Below are positions 36,892-49,040 of a stretch of 64,000 nt of DNA, in pieces. Every line of letters begins with the position of its first letter. Positions within the stretch are counted from its first letter, which is position 1. The stretch comes from Mobula hypostoma. Taxonomy: Eukaryota. The translations under genes and the position numbers were made by a program. Where the stretch lies: positions 72,542,001-72,606,000 of the forward strand of contig NC_086108.1 of NCBI RefSeq assembly GCF_963921235.1. Reading direction: 5' to 3'. The notes beneath the pieces are model-generated. The model was not told the DNA's origin and ran no database searches. It saw nothing but the letters and a program-made list of their open reading frames with translations.

Positions 36892-37808
36892 TAGTGGATT
36901 CTGGTTGATTGGGAAGCATCAGGCCGACAACATGTTGGCCCAATTAACTGGCTGCCCCAATCAGTCAAAGTTTCAGGGATGTAGTTAAAAAGGTATAAAA
37001 AAGACAAACTTACCATTTAACTGAGTAATGAATTATGTATTTAAATGAAATACAGAACAAATTAGAACACCACTAATATTACCATGATAAAATATTCTTA
37101 GTTTCTAATAGTTATTGATGGAAGAATTCATCTAGTGTACGCTGCTGCATTCTTTTGATTGACTGTAAATGAACAAAATCAGTGCAGACACCTAGTGCAA
37201 ATAATAGACTGCCTTCATTGCCTTTCTGCATGAAGTAGTGTTGTAATCCAACAATAAATTTCCTGGCATCCTGGCATCGCATAATGCCCATTCTCCTCGC
37301 AGTTTATCTTGCTGCTGTATCAAGCGTGCAATTGTAGACTCCAGTTATTTTTGCCAGCCGACAATGAGTGGTGTTAAGCGGATAGCTTTTAATTTGGTCC
37401 AGTAGGGTAATTTTTTTCAGCTAGTGACAAATCTTTTTGTGGCATCTTGACAAGAGACTGAATTTTTTAAAGTCAAATAAAAAAAAACAAAATTATAAAT
37501 ACATACTCCTTTTTGAATTGGCATCCGTCGGCCCAAATGGATAACTTAACATAAGCACATGCAACTAATGCTGCTTAAAAACTATTCACTCCAAGCACGA
37601 TGTAGTATCCAATGGCCACACAAATGCACTCAACTGCTGCTAGTTAGAACCTGTCTGGCAACATTTTCCTGACCCAATTAAGCAGCATAGTCCCCCAAAT
37701 AAACAAAGGGAATGCCAACTATTTTCTCAATTAGTTTTTGTTCTTTGAGTTTTCCCAAATAGGCAGATGCCCCGATTAACCAATGGCCCATATAACCAGA
37801 ATCCACTG
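36892..37808 (-). mobile_element. Tigger/pogo non-autonomous DNA transposon, copy 2 (opposite orientation)
   Basis: TA|tagtggattctggttgattgg ... aaccagaatccactg|TA. From the minus-strand ATG at 37445 a frameshifted MPQKDLSLAEK-ITLLDQIK..RLAKITGV-STIARLIQQQDKL resembles a CENP-B N-terminal HTH. Confidence 0.88.
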
Positions 37809-37869
37809 TATTTTCTTCACATTGTGAGACCGCTAGAATAGCAGAAGTGTAAATGAGTCACTGCTTCAT

Positions 37870-38620
37870 CTGTAGAGGCTGACTGGATGGTCGGAAAGGA
37901 GGCACAGAGACAGGGAGATGGTGATTGATTTTAGGAGGAAGAGGATTGTGACGAGTCTTGTATACATTCTGGGAGAAGTTGTTGCGGTAGTGGAGGAGTA
38001 CAAATACTTGGTGTGCAGCTCGATGACAGACTTGGCTGGCAGACCAACACCAAGGCTGTTTACAAGAAGGGATGAGCAGACTCTATTTTCTAAGTAAGCT
38101 GAGATCCTTCAATGTGTTCAGTAGTATGTTAGAGAACTTTGATCATCAATCTGTTGTGGTAAGTGCAGTCTTCTTTGCGGCTTTATGCCGCTCCCCCAAC
38201 ATTGGTGCTGGTGATGCAAAAAACCTAAATAAACTCATCAAAAAGGCTGGATCCGTCCTCGGCTATAAAACGGAGTCGTTTGAGTTAGTGGTGGAGAGGA
38301 GGTCACTAAACAGACTGTTACCATTATGGACAATCTGACACATCCTCTCCATGATCTACTGAATAAGCAGCGGAACACCCTTTCAACCAGACTCATTCAG
38401 CTCCACTGTCACAAGGATCGTAACAGAAAAACTTCCCTACCAAGTGTCTGTTTTATTACTTTGTACATTATTATTGCACAGTATTGCACATTATTCTTGT
38501 GTATATTACTCTGTACTTTATCATTAGTTAAGTCTGCGCACTGCCAAGTGTGTTTTTAAATGTTGCTGCTGTAACGAAAGAATTTCCCACTCATTGTCAA
38601 TGAAGTACTTATTATTATTT
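37870..38620 (+). mobile_element. Rex1/Babar LINE 3' portion
   Basis: EMVIDFRRK..EEYKYL..KKGMSRLYFLSKLRSFNV..HPLH motifs. Confidence 0.88.
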
Positions 38621-38721
38621 GCTGTTGCAATTGCGTGGAAAGTGTGGGGAATGGTTGATGGGGATGGCAGGAAAATGAATCTCAAGGTTGTATATGGTAT
38701 AGATGCTTTGATAGTAAATTT

Positions 38722-38950
38722 ACTTTGAGCAATGGATCACAGAGTTGTTAAAGGAACAGTCTCCTTGAAATGCTGAGAAGGGCGGGGTGGGAAATGTGTG
38801 TTTGCTGGTGGAATCTTGCAAAATGTGGCAGAAATTGGAAACGGCCCTTTTAATGCAAAGGCTGAAAGGCGGGTGGGGGGAGAACTGAGGATGACGGGAA
38901 GTTGGAGGAACAGAAGGAATGAGAGCGAAGATGCAGGACATCAATGAGAG
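38722..38950 (-). mobile_element. Penelope-like fragment
   Basis: NFCHILQDSTSKHTFPTPPFSAF matches NFYHLQLDPPTKHIFP of the element at 20798-21112. Confidence 0.65.
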
Positions 38951-39569
38951 GTAAAGAAAGTGAGCAGTGTGGCATATTTGTTCAATGAGAGGACGTTTTC
39001 AGCAGTCAGTTGACTGTATTGGAGGAAGAGCGTGAACCAGGACTGCACTCACGGAAGAAGTTTGATCTCTTGGATCCTGCTATTGTGGGATGTTGGGATG
39101 AGCAACTGTGTGTTCATGAGCCACTTCTGTCCAAGAAATTGTAAACTGTTGAAGTAGCAGGGGTTCACCAAAGAGACTGGATCGGGAAGAAAGGATGAAG
39201 GCAAATTAAGAAGAAATAAATCCAATGGAGAAAGAGCAGGGTGATATGGGTCTACTCGCCCAGCCCTACAGGACAGGAGGTTAAACGGGCTGTGTGGACT
39301 GGCATACTACAAAAGCTGACACCTTGGAAATGAAGATCTTCCAATAGAACAAGGTCTGAGACTGCATGAGAGACAGCTGATGTTTTGCCCTCATCCAGAG
39401 GGAGTTAGGAAATTATAGCTGAGAGCTGATGTTTGGCCTCTGTGAGATCGCTCAGGAGATGATTGATGAGATTGTCTTTATGGATCCAGCTTTATCACCT
39501 CCTAGTTTGGCTAGGATCCTTGATGTTGAGTATTCCACAAACAGGAAAGGCAGCACTATGAGCAGGGAC

Positions 39570-40113
39570 TGAATCAGAATCTAGTTTATTATCATTGTGT
39601 GAAATGTTAGCAGTACTGTACAAAGGCATAAAATTACTACAAGTACAAAATAAATAAATATTCCAATGAGGTGGTGTTCATGGACCATTTAGAAATATAG
39701 CAGAGGGGAAGAAACTGTTCCTAAATTGTTGAATGTCTTCAGGCTCCTCTTACCTGGCGGTAGTAATGAGAAGTGGACCTGTCCTGTATTTTGAGTGTCC
39801 TTAAGGATGGATCTTCCTTCTTAAGGAGCTGCTGCTTCAAGGTGTCTTCAATGGTGGGGTGACGTGCATGTGATGGAACTGGCTGAGTGTACAACCCAAT
39901 GAAGCCTCTGTGCTTCAGAAACTCCATATCAGGTTGGCATGCCACCAGTCAGAATGCTCTCCACTATACATCTGTAGAAAATTGCAAGGTTGCATGCCAA
40001 ATCCCCTCAAGCTCCTAATGAAATAGAGCTGCGGACTGCTGCTTTTGTGATTACATCAATGTGTTAGACCCAGGACAGGTCCTCTGAGATATTGATGTCG
40101 AGGAACTTAAAGC
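39570..40113 (-). mobile_element. Rex1/Babar LINE 3' fragment
   Basis: gaatcagaatc..tttatt tail and decayed C-terminal coding sequence on the minus strand. Confidence 0.75.
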
Positions 40114-40859
40114 TGGGGTTAACACATAAGAATTAAAATAATCTGATTTGACTTCTTTGTGGTGTGAGCTAAATCATGACCAGAGTGACAATGAAAATAA
40201 AACTTCTATTAACTCACATCTTAAGTAATATCAACATTGCAAAGTAAAGTCAACGGTGCAGCTGACGTTCCTGGCTGCTCAGTATCTTGGTGACCTAAAG
40301 TTTGGAAGTTCTGTACTAATCACTTTGAACTGCTGCCAGCATTGTACTTTGTGCCAATGGGCACTGAGCAACTGTGATCCACTGGTTTTTGCCTAAAAAT
40401 CAAGGCAAAGGTTTAGATAGAGACTCAGCTGTGTTTATTATTGAATCAGCCCTCAGCCTGTCAATGTAGTCATGGGTGAGCTAAACTACGGTTCCTTGAA
40501 CCCACCCATATTACGAATGATGAAACATAGCTTCAGGGCTGATGTCTGGCATTTAGTAATTGGCTAAAAATATCCCTTACTGGCACAGCTTCATTGCAAT
40601 TTATCAGATTACGAAACACCAGTGTGGGGTGAGGTAGGAAATGCTTGAATGTTAATGTGAGGTGGAGAAGTCCATGCTACAGGCATTTAGCTTGTGAATG
40701 TAATCAGGATTTAGCTAGAGGGATTAAGGGGTGAAACTGCAAAGCACACTTCTGATTGGGGCCAGGGAATGTGCCCAAAGGGAGGGGTTGGTCAGCAGAG
40801 GCAAGGGCCCTATGAATCATCTTCAGGACTTCAGTCTCTCTGTAAGAGATGCTTGTTTA

Positions 40860-41005
40860 TAGTGATTCTTCACGATAAACCATAAATAGGAAAGGTTTCA
40901 AAGGATATGACCAAACACAGACACATGGGACTAGCTAAATTATTCAACTTGGTCAGCAAGGATGAGTTGGGTCGAAGGGCCTGTTTTCTGTGTTATATAG
41001 CTCGA
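40860..41005 (+). mobile_element. CR1 3' terminal fragment
   Basis: ataggaaaggttt..ggatatg..gggactag..gggtcgaagggcctgtttt. Confidence 0.6.
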
Positions 41006-42434
41006 ATTCTCAAACGCTATCAGATTTAAATTCCTCTATCCTGTAAACATCTGGTTGGGGCTAAGGTGGAAGGTTGTATGGTACTGTTGGAGAAAGATTC
41101 TCAAAATCGACCTCTGTAGGTAGATTCTAATGCATATGCTTGGCCTTGAGTAATATGTTCTTCCCTGAAAACTATTAGTAAAACTTGCACCTACTGCTTT
41201 TTGTCAGAAGACTCTCAGACTTTGCACGAAGAACTGTTTCCAATCTTCTTTCATGAATGGCCTGCCTGTTATTTTAAGGTTATGTCAGACACAATTCAGC
41301 TTGGCCCTGAATTGATGCCTTGTGATAGAAGCAGATGAACACAATGTCATTACTTTCTCTGCCCTCAGTGGAAACGTTATTCTGTTTAGAACAAATGGGG
41401 TTAACGCCTCCTCGCACACAGAGGAATTTCACAAATGTATTTAATTGGCATTATTTTCCATTATGTAATTGAAGAGCTTTATGTTTATGGTACTTGATGC
41501 AATCCATGAGACAGTTGAGCAGAGTTCAGGATGAAACACAAAGATAAGACCAAGCACTTCACCTGCCTGCCAGGCTTGAAATACAGCGGGGCTTCCAAGG
41601 GTCAGCTAGCTATTAGCAATGGTGGATGGTCGACTTTTCAAAACTCTTAACTAGATTTCAGGGACTGTCAATCATGTTTGATTTTTGGGGGAAAACTGAG
41701 ATGTCCCCAGATGCATGTGCATTCACCCTTCTAAGCAGCTGGCAAGTGTAAAAATCAGGATAATTGGTGCCTAATTTCTAACTCCTCAACTTTAAATTGA
41801 TCTATTTGTTAATGGTATCTATTGTAGAATATGTATGGTGTGGGTCAGACCTCATTCTCCTTCCTTTCACAGCCCATATGTTTTGGGAATGTAAAGGTGA
41901 CCTTTGCCATTGTGGCACTGACTCATTGAGCCTTCTTCGAACAGTACGAATCTGCCAGCTCACTTTGTTGGGAAATTTCCATTCAGCAGTAACATCTGAT
42001 GCTGCCTTTCCATTACCGCATTCTCACAACGAGCGGCCCCACTCACGGGCTGTCATATCAATGAAGCAACAGCAGACACCTCTGACAACTCAGAGGCAGA
42101 GCAGAGAGCTTTTATTTCATCCCTGCTGCTGAAAGCAAACGTGAGCTACCCCCAGCTTTCTTTCAGCTTCCACTGAGCTGAACGCTCAAGCCCCAAGGAA
42201 AAGGGCGATGTTCCTACAGCTGGAGACACTTGTATCTTGGAACTTAAGAACGATGGCAGCAGGACCAAACTTAAAAAAACTTAAGGGTGCTGTTATTTGT
42301 CTGCCGCCACCAGGAACACAAAACTTTCCCCCTCCCTCCCCCAAAAAAAGAAAGAATTCAGCAGACTAAACTTACAGTAAAACAGGCTAAATCTCATCAC
42401 TCCCTAGGTCTGTGTCTGTGCTTTATAGACTTGT

Positions 42435-44915
42435 CGCTATACAACAGTAGAACAGGCCATTCAGCCCAATTCAACCCTGCCAATCAACATGCCTACCTGA
42501 GCTAGTCCCATTTGCTTGTATTTTGCCAATATTCCTCTATCCGTGTATGTGTCTACATGTAGTTCAAATACTGTATTCTAATTGTACCTATCACAACCAC
42601 TTCCTCTGACAACTTGTTTCATAGACCCACCTCTGTGGGGGGGGGGGAGAGAAGTGGTTCCAAGGTCCCCTTTAAATCTTCCTCATCTCACCTTTTAAAT
42701 GTTGCCCCCCCCCCAATTGTAGACTTCCCTATCCTGAGGAAAAGACTGTGACCGTTCACCTTGTCTGTTCCCCTCATGATTTCATGATTTTATATACCCT
42801 GGTAAGGGTACTCCTCTTTGCTTCAGGAAAACAGTCCTGGCCTAGCCAGGCTCACTCTACAAGTCAAGCTCTCCATACCCAGCAACATCCTATTCGGTAC
42901 CCTTTCCCAACTTGGTAACAACCTTCCATAGCTCAGCAATCAGAACTATACACAATCCTCCAAGTGTGGTCTCACCAACATCTTGTACAGCAGTAAAATG
43001 TCACATTGACTCTGACCAATTAAGGCAAATGTGCCAACTCCACTTTCACCACCCTTTCTGCCTATGTTACCACTCTGAAGGAACTATATGTATTTACCCC
43101 GATGATTCTCTGAGTTAAAATGTTGTCGAGGGCTCTACCAATGTCTTACCCTAGTTTAATTATATGATAAATATGTACAGTATCTGAAATACAGCTTATG
43201 GAAATGTTTGTTTGATGATGAACTTCAATAAAAATATTACAAAAACAGGAGGAGAAAATAAATAAATCAATAATTTCCCAAAGGGCAACATTTTGCATTT
43301 GTCAGAATTATCTACCATTCCTTGGTTCATTTCCCCAGCTGACCTTGACCCTGATGTAATCTTACATAACCTACTTTAATGTCTACCAATTTTGGTGTCA
43401 TCCTCAACCTATTTTGTCACCCTCATTTTCATTGAAATTGTTAATCTAGATGACTAACACCAGGGGACCCACCATTGATCCCTACAACACACCCCTGCCC
43501 ACAGGCCTCCAGTCAGAAAAAAACAAACCCCCACTACCACTCTGATTTCCAGCACTAGGCCAATTTTGGATAGCTGACCATAGATCCCATGTGATCTAAC
43601 CTTGCAGATCAGCCTGCCGTGTGGGACCTTTACACAGCCCCTGAGTTTCAAAGTTCAAGTTCAAAGTTAATTCATTATCAAAGTGCCTATGTCACCATAT
43701 ACAATCCTCAAATTCATTTTCTTGCAGGCATTCACAGTAAGCACAAGAAACACTGTAGAATCAATGAAAGACCACAACCAACAGGACAGACAAACAATCA
43801 ATGTGCAAAAGGCAACGAACTGTGCAAATACAAAAATATTTTTTTCAAAGAAGAAAGAGAACTGCGCTGCTCCAAAGAGAGTTATATAAGGTTATTCTTA
43901 CCCTCGGCCGTTAGGCTGTATAATGAGTCAACCTGTAGCTGGGAAGTGATGAACCCTCTCCTGCTAAGACTGTTCGTGGTAACTTATTTTTTATTCTTTC
44001 TACTTCTCTTCTAATGCTACTGTGACATTGTAATTTCCTTTGAGATCAGAAAGTATCTGCCTTCTTATTCTTAATGATAGTAATAAATAAACAAGAAGTA
44101 TCAAGAACATGAGATGAAGAATACTTGAAAATGAGACCTCAGGTTGTGGGAACAGTTAAGTGATGGGGCAAGTGAAGTTATGCTCTAGTGGTTGAGGGGT
44201 AATAACTGTTCCTGATCCTGGTGGTGAGTCCTGAGGCTCATATACCTTCTTTCTGATGGTAGCAGCAAGATGAGAGCATGGCTTAGATGGTGGGGTTCCT
44301 TGATTATTGACACTGCTTTCATATGATAGGGCTCCGTGGTGGGGTGGGCTTTACCTGTGAAGAACTGGGCCGTATCCACTAATTTTTAGTAGGCTTTTCC
44401 ATTCAAAGGCATTGGTGTTTCCATATCAGGCCATGATGCAACCAACCTATATATTCTCCATCGCACGTCTGTATAACTTCGTCAACGTTTTAGATGTCAT
44501 GCTGAATCTTTGCAAACTTCTAAGAAAGTAGAAATGCTGCTGTGCATTCTTTGTAATGACACTTGCATGCTGGACACAGGACAGATCCTCTGAAATGAGC
44601 AAGTTCATGTAAACAATGTCTGCCTTCATCAATCCTGTTGGTCACCAAATATACTCCAAAATCCCTTGTACTCAAGCGATGTACATATCCAGTTGTTTAT
44701 GCTTGACATATCCTGTTTCCTATCTAGACCTTCAATATCCTTCAACAAACAAGGCTTCATAATCATGCCAGCCTTACCCTTCACTCTCACAGGACTATAT
44801 TAGTCCTGAACTCTTGCAGTTTCACTTGTAAAAGCCTCCCACTTGCCAGGGATCCCTTTACCTGCTAACCGCCTCTCCCAATCACCCTTTGCAAGTTCCT
44901 TTCTAATGGCATCAA
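42435..44915 (-). mobile_element. Degenerate CR1 LINE containing nested insertions
   Basis: 3' tail at ~42440, KVPHGRLI and ccagtcaga..ccactaccactctg RT motifs, and PWF-region homology at 44700-44900. Confidence 0.75.
43645..44598 (-). mobile_element. Rex1/Babar fragment nested in the CR1, itself carrying a + strand Rex-type 3' end at ~43860-44060
   Basis: (agttca)n tail at 43645; ITKNAQQHFYFLRSLQRF motif; inner LRCSKESYIRLFLPSAVRLYN. Confidence 0.78.
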
Positions 44916-45663
44916 CATCAAAGTGCCAAAGGCTCATTCCAGAGAAGAATGGCCTGCCCTTGTTACAGTAACAGCATGCCCATCATTACCGTGCAACAAT
45001 ATCTATCATCCACAAGTGTGGTACCACAGAAATTGTTTGCAGTGATCTCCTGCTTCTCTCCTGGCTGTTCTGTCAGTCTTCAGATATATAATTAATGATT
45101 TTAAGGTCATGTTGGATGTATGTTGTTCGTTTAGGGGATACACAGGGCATTGTTATTGCCTGTCCCTAATTACACTGGGGAAGGTGGTCATGATCTGCCA
45201 CTGTCTTTAATGCTCTCAGCCTTTGATAGGAAAGTCCAAGAACTGGACCCAATAGTGATGAAGAATAATTCCAAGTCAGAGTGGTTTGTGGTATTTTGAG
45301 GATGGCATATACCATAGCCACTCTGCATTGGTTAGTGGGTGGGATACCAGTCATGTGACTACTTTATCCCTGATGATGTCAAGCTTCACAGAAGTCATTG
45401 GTGTGGCACCCAACCAGGCAGGTGGACAGTGTTGACGAATGGGCCAGATGAAGAGTCTTGACCCAAATGTCACTTCATTTCCCTCTACAGATTCTGCCAG
45501 ACCCAACGAGTTCCTCATTTTTTTTTGCTGAAGTAATCATTATTTTATTATTTCTGCAACTTGTTCCATGGACAATAGAAAGGCCTTTAGGTGATCAAGA
45601 AGTAAGCCATTCACCCTGGAATACCCACCTTCTAGCAATGTAAATTCTTGGATTAATGCTGGA

Positions 45664-45994
45664 TATATCTCATATATATATGAGAACGAGGGGTCACAGT
45701 TTGAGGATAGAGGGGAAGCCTTTTAGGACCGAGATTAGGAAAAACTTCTTCACACAGAGAGTGGTGAATCTGTGGAATTCTCTGCCACAGCAAACTGTTG
45801 AGGCCAGTTCATTGGCTATGTTTAAGAGGGAGTTAGATATGGCCCTTGTGGCTACAGGGGTCAGGGGGTATGGAGGGAAGGCTGGGGCGGGGTTCTGAGT
45901 TGGATGATCAGCCATGATCATAATAAATGGCGGTGCAGGCTCGAAGGGCCGAATGGCCTACTCCTGCACCTATTTTCTATGTTTCTATGTTTCT
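45664..45994 (+). mobile_element. Young 5'-truncated CR1 insertion with 8-bp TSD
   Basis: TSD atgctgga at 45656-45663 and 45995-46002, intact C-terminal ORF RTRGHSLRIEGKPFRTEIRKNFFTQRVVNLWNSLP and a (tttctatg)3 tail. Confidence 0.93.
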
Positions 45995-46057
45995 ATGCTG
46001 GAAGAAGGCTATTCAGCCCATCATGTCCGTGCTGACTGCCAGGGAGCAACCTCATTG

Positions 46058-48468
46058 GTCATAGAGCCATAGATCATAGAGTCATAGAACACTACAGCAG
46101 AGAAGCAGACCCTTTGTCCCTTTTAGTCTATGCTGTACTATTAATCTGCCTAGTCCCATCGGCCTACACCATAGCCATCCATACCCCTCCCATCCAAATT
46201 TATTTTAAGAGTTGAAATCAGCCCTGTATCCAACACTTGCGCTGGTAGCTCTTTCCATACTCTTACCACCCACTAAGTGAAAAAAGAAGCTGTCCCTCAT
46301 ATTCCCCTTGAACATTTCACCTTTCAACCTTAACCCATAACCTCTAGTTCTAGTATCACGCAGACTCAGTGGAAAAAGCCTGCTTGCATTTACCCTATCT
46401 ATACCCTTTCATAACTTTGTATACCTCTATCAAATCCTCCCTCATTCTCCTAAACTCTAGGGAGTAAAGTCCAAATCTATTCAACCTTTCCCTATAACTC
46501 AGGTGCTCAAGTCCTGGCAACACACTTGTAAATTTTCTCTGCACTCTTTCAATCTTATTTGACATCTTTCCTGTAGGTTGATGACCTGAACTGCAACCAG
46601 TACTCCAAATTAGGCCTCAATAACATCTTAATACAACTTTAACATGACATCCCAACTCCTGTACTCAATTCTTTGATTTATGAAGTGAATATGCTAGAAG
46701 TTTTCTGTATGACACTATCAACCTGTGACGGCATTTTCAAGGAATTATAGATCTGTCATCTACCGCATCCAGATCACTCATCTACCGTGCTCTTCAATCC
46801 TCTCCTGCTCATCGTACAAGTCTTACCCTGGCTTGTCCTCCCAAAGTACACCACTTCACACATGTCCACATTAAATTCAATCTGCCATTTTTCCAGCTGG
46901 ACCAGATCCCACGGCAAGCTTTAGTAGCCTCCATCTCTGCCCACCATGCCCCCAATCTTTGTGTCATCCGCAAATTTGCTGATGCAGTTTATTAAATTAT
47001 CATCCAGATCATTGATATAGATGAAACAACAGACCCACTGATCCCTGCGGTACACTACTAGTCACAGGCCTTCAGTCAGAGAGACAACCATCTACAACAA
47101 CTTTCTGGCTTCTCCTGGAAGCCAATTTCTACTTCAGTTTATTACCTCATCTTGAATGCCAAGCAACTGAACTCTCTTAACCAACCTCCCATATGGGACC
47201 TCATCAAAGGCCTTGCTGAAATCCATGTAGACAACGCCTACTGCCTTGCCTTCATCCACTTTCTTGGTAACTTCCTCAAAAACAAACTCTATAAGAGTTT
47301 CGTTTAGACATGACCTACCACATACAAAGCCATGTTGACTATCCCTAGTCATTCCCTGACCATCCAAATGTGATTTATTCTGTCCCTTACAATACATTCC
47401 AATAACTTAGCGACTACTGGTATCAGGCTCATTGGCCTGTAATTTTCTGGCTTATTCTAAGAGATATTCCTTACCAGTGGAACAACATTAGCTATCCTCG
47501 AATGCTTCTGCATCTTGCCTGTGGTTAAGGAAGTTTTAAGTATCTCTAATTGGCCACTAGCTTCCCACAGAGTCTGAGGGAACACCTTATCAGATCCTGC
47601 GGATTTATCCGCACTAATTTGCTTCAAGACAGCAAACACCACCATGTACATGGTCCATGATCTCGCTGTTGTTTTGTCTCACTTCTGTAGACTTGGTGTT
47701 CATCTCCTGAGTAAATACAGATGCAAAAAGGTCTTCCCCCATCTCTTTTGGCTCCATGGATAGATGGTCACTCTCCTCTTTCAGAGAACCAATTTTGTCC
47801 CTTGTTATCCTTTTGCTTCTTGTATATTATAGAAGCCCTTGGGATTCTCTATCATCTTGTCTGCTAGAATAATCTGATGCCAACTCTTAGTCCTCCTGAA
47901 TTCCTTCTTAAGTATTCGCTTGCATTTTTTATACTCCTCAAGTACCTCATATGCTCCTTCCTGCCTATACCTGCTTACTACCTCCTTTTTAACCAGGGCT
48001 TCAATATCTCTCGAAAACCAAGGTTCCCTTAACCTGTTTTCCTTGTCTTTTATTCTGACAGGATTATACAAACACTGTATTCTCAAAATTTCACTTTTGA
48101 AGACTTCCCACTTACCAAAAACACCTTTGCTAGAAAACAACCTATCCCAATCCACACTTGGCCTTTCTTCAATTTAGAATCTCAACCCGATGACCAGATC
48201 TATCCTTCTCTCTAATTATCTTGAAACTAATGGCATTATGATCACTAGATGCAAGGTGTTTCCCTGCACAAACATCTGTCACCTGTCCTGTCTCATTCCC
48301 TAATTGGAGATCGAGTATCGTACTCTGTCCAGTTGGGCCTCGATGTATTCATTACGAAAACTTAACTAAACACATTTGACTAACTCTATCCCATCCAGTT
48401 CTTTTACTATACAGGAGACCAGGTCAATTTGTGGAAAGTTAAAAGCACCGACTATCACAACCTTATGT
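46058..48468 (-). mobile_element. CR1 LINE, ~2.4 kb degenerate ORF2, same family as 1995-4400
   Basis: DWDRLFSSKGVFGKWEVFKSEIL..REPWFSRDIEALVKK, QHGFVCGRSCL and VYMDFSKAFD motifs; (catagagt)n tail. Confidence 0.92.
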
Positions 48469-48871
48469 ATCTATTTTCCTTCTCCCTGTACCTCTATTAC
48501 TTACTCTCCCCCGCCCATCGATTCCTGATTGATATCTTTTTCCATTAAGTGATAGAAGCTAGTAAGCCAGCCAGCACGTTTTTGGGATGTAGTAATAAAA
48601 TGAACCTCTCAGAAGAAAGCCACTTTGTCATGAAGGGAGGTTGCAAACCTCACACTCAAGATCAGGTCCAAACACAGGTCCAGGTTGCTGCGAGGTGACA
48701 GCTCTAAATTCTGTGCTACTGAGTGATCATAGCAATGGCTTGTTTTAGTAACAAGGCAAGGAGTCTGCAAGACTATAGCGCTTCCTCTGCATTCAGGAAC
48801 TAAGGAAGAATTAGTTAATTAGTGCGGTAATTTAATCATATTTATACCTATTATGCAAACATATATTTTAA

Positions 48872-49040
48872 TGAGCTGCCAGCAGAAGTGGTGGATGCAG
48901 GTTTGATTTTAACATGTAAGAAAAGTTTGGATAAGTACCTGGATGGAAAGCGTTTTGAGGGCTCTGGTCCTGGTGCAGGTGATGGGAATAGGCTAAATAA
49001 TAGTTTGCCATGGATTAGATAGGTCGTAGGGCCTATTGCT
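48872..49040 (+). mobile_element. CR1 3' terminal fragment
   Basis: tgagctgccagcagaagtggtggatgcagg..tgctgtgctatagtggtctata. Confidence 0.7.
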
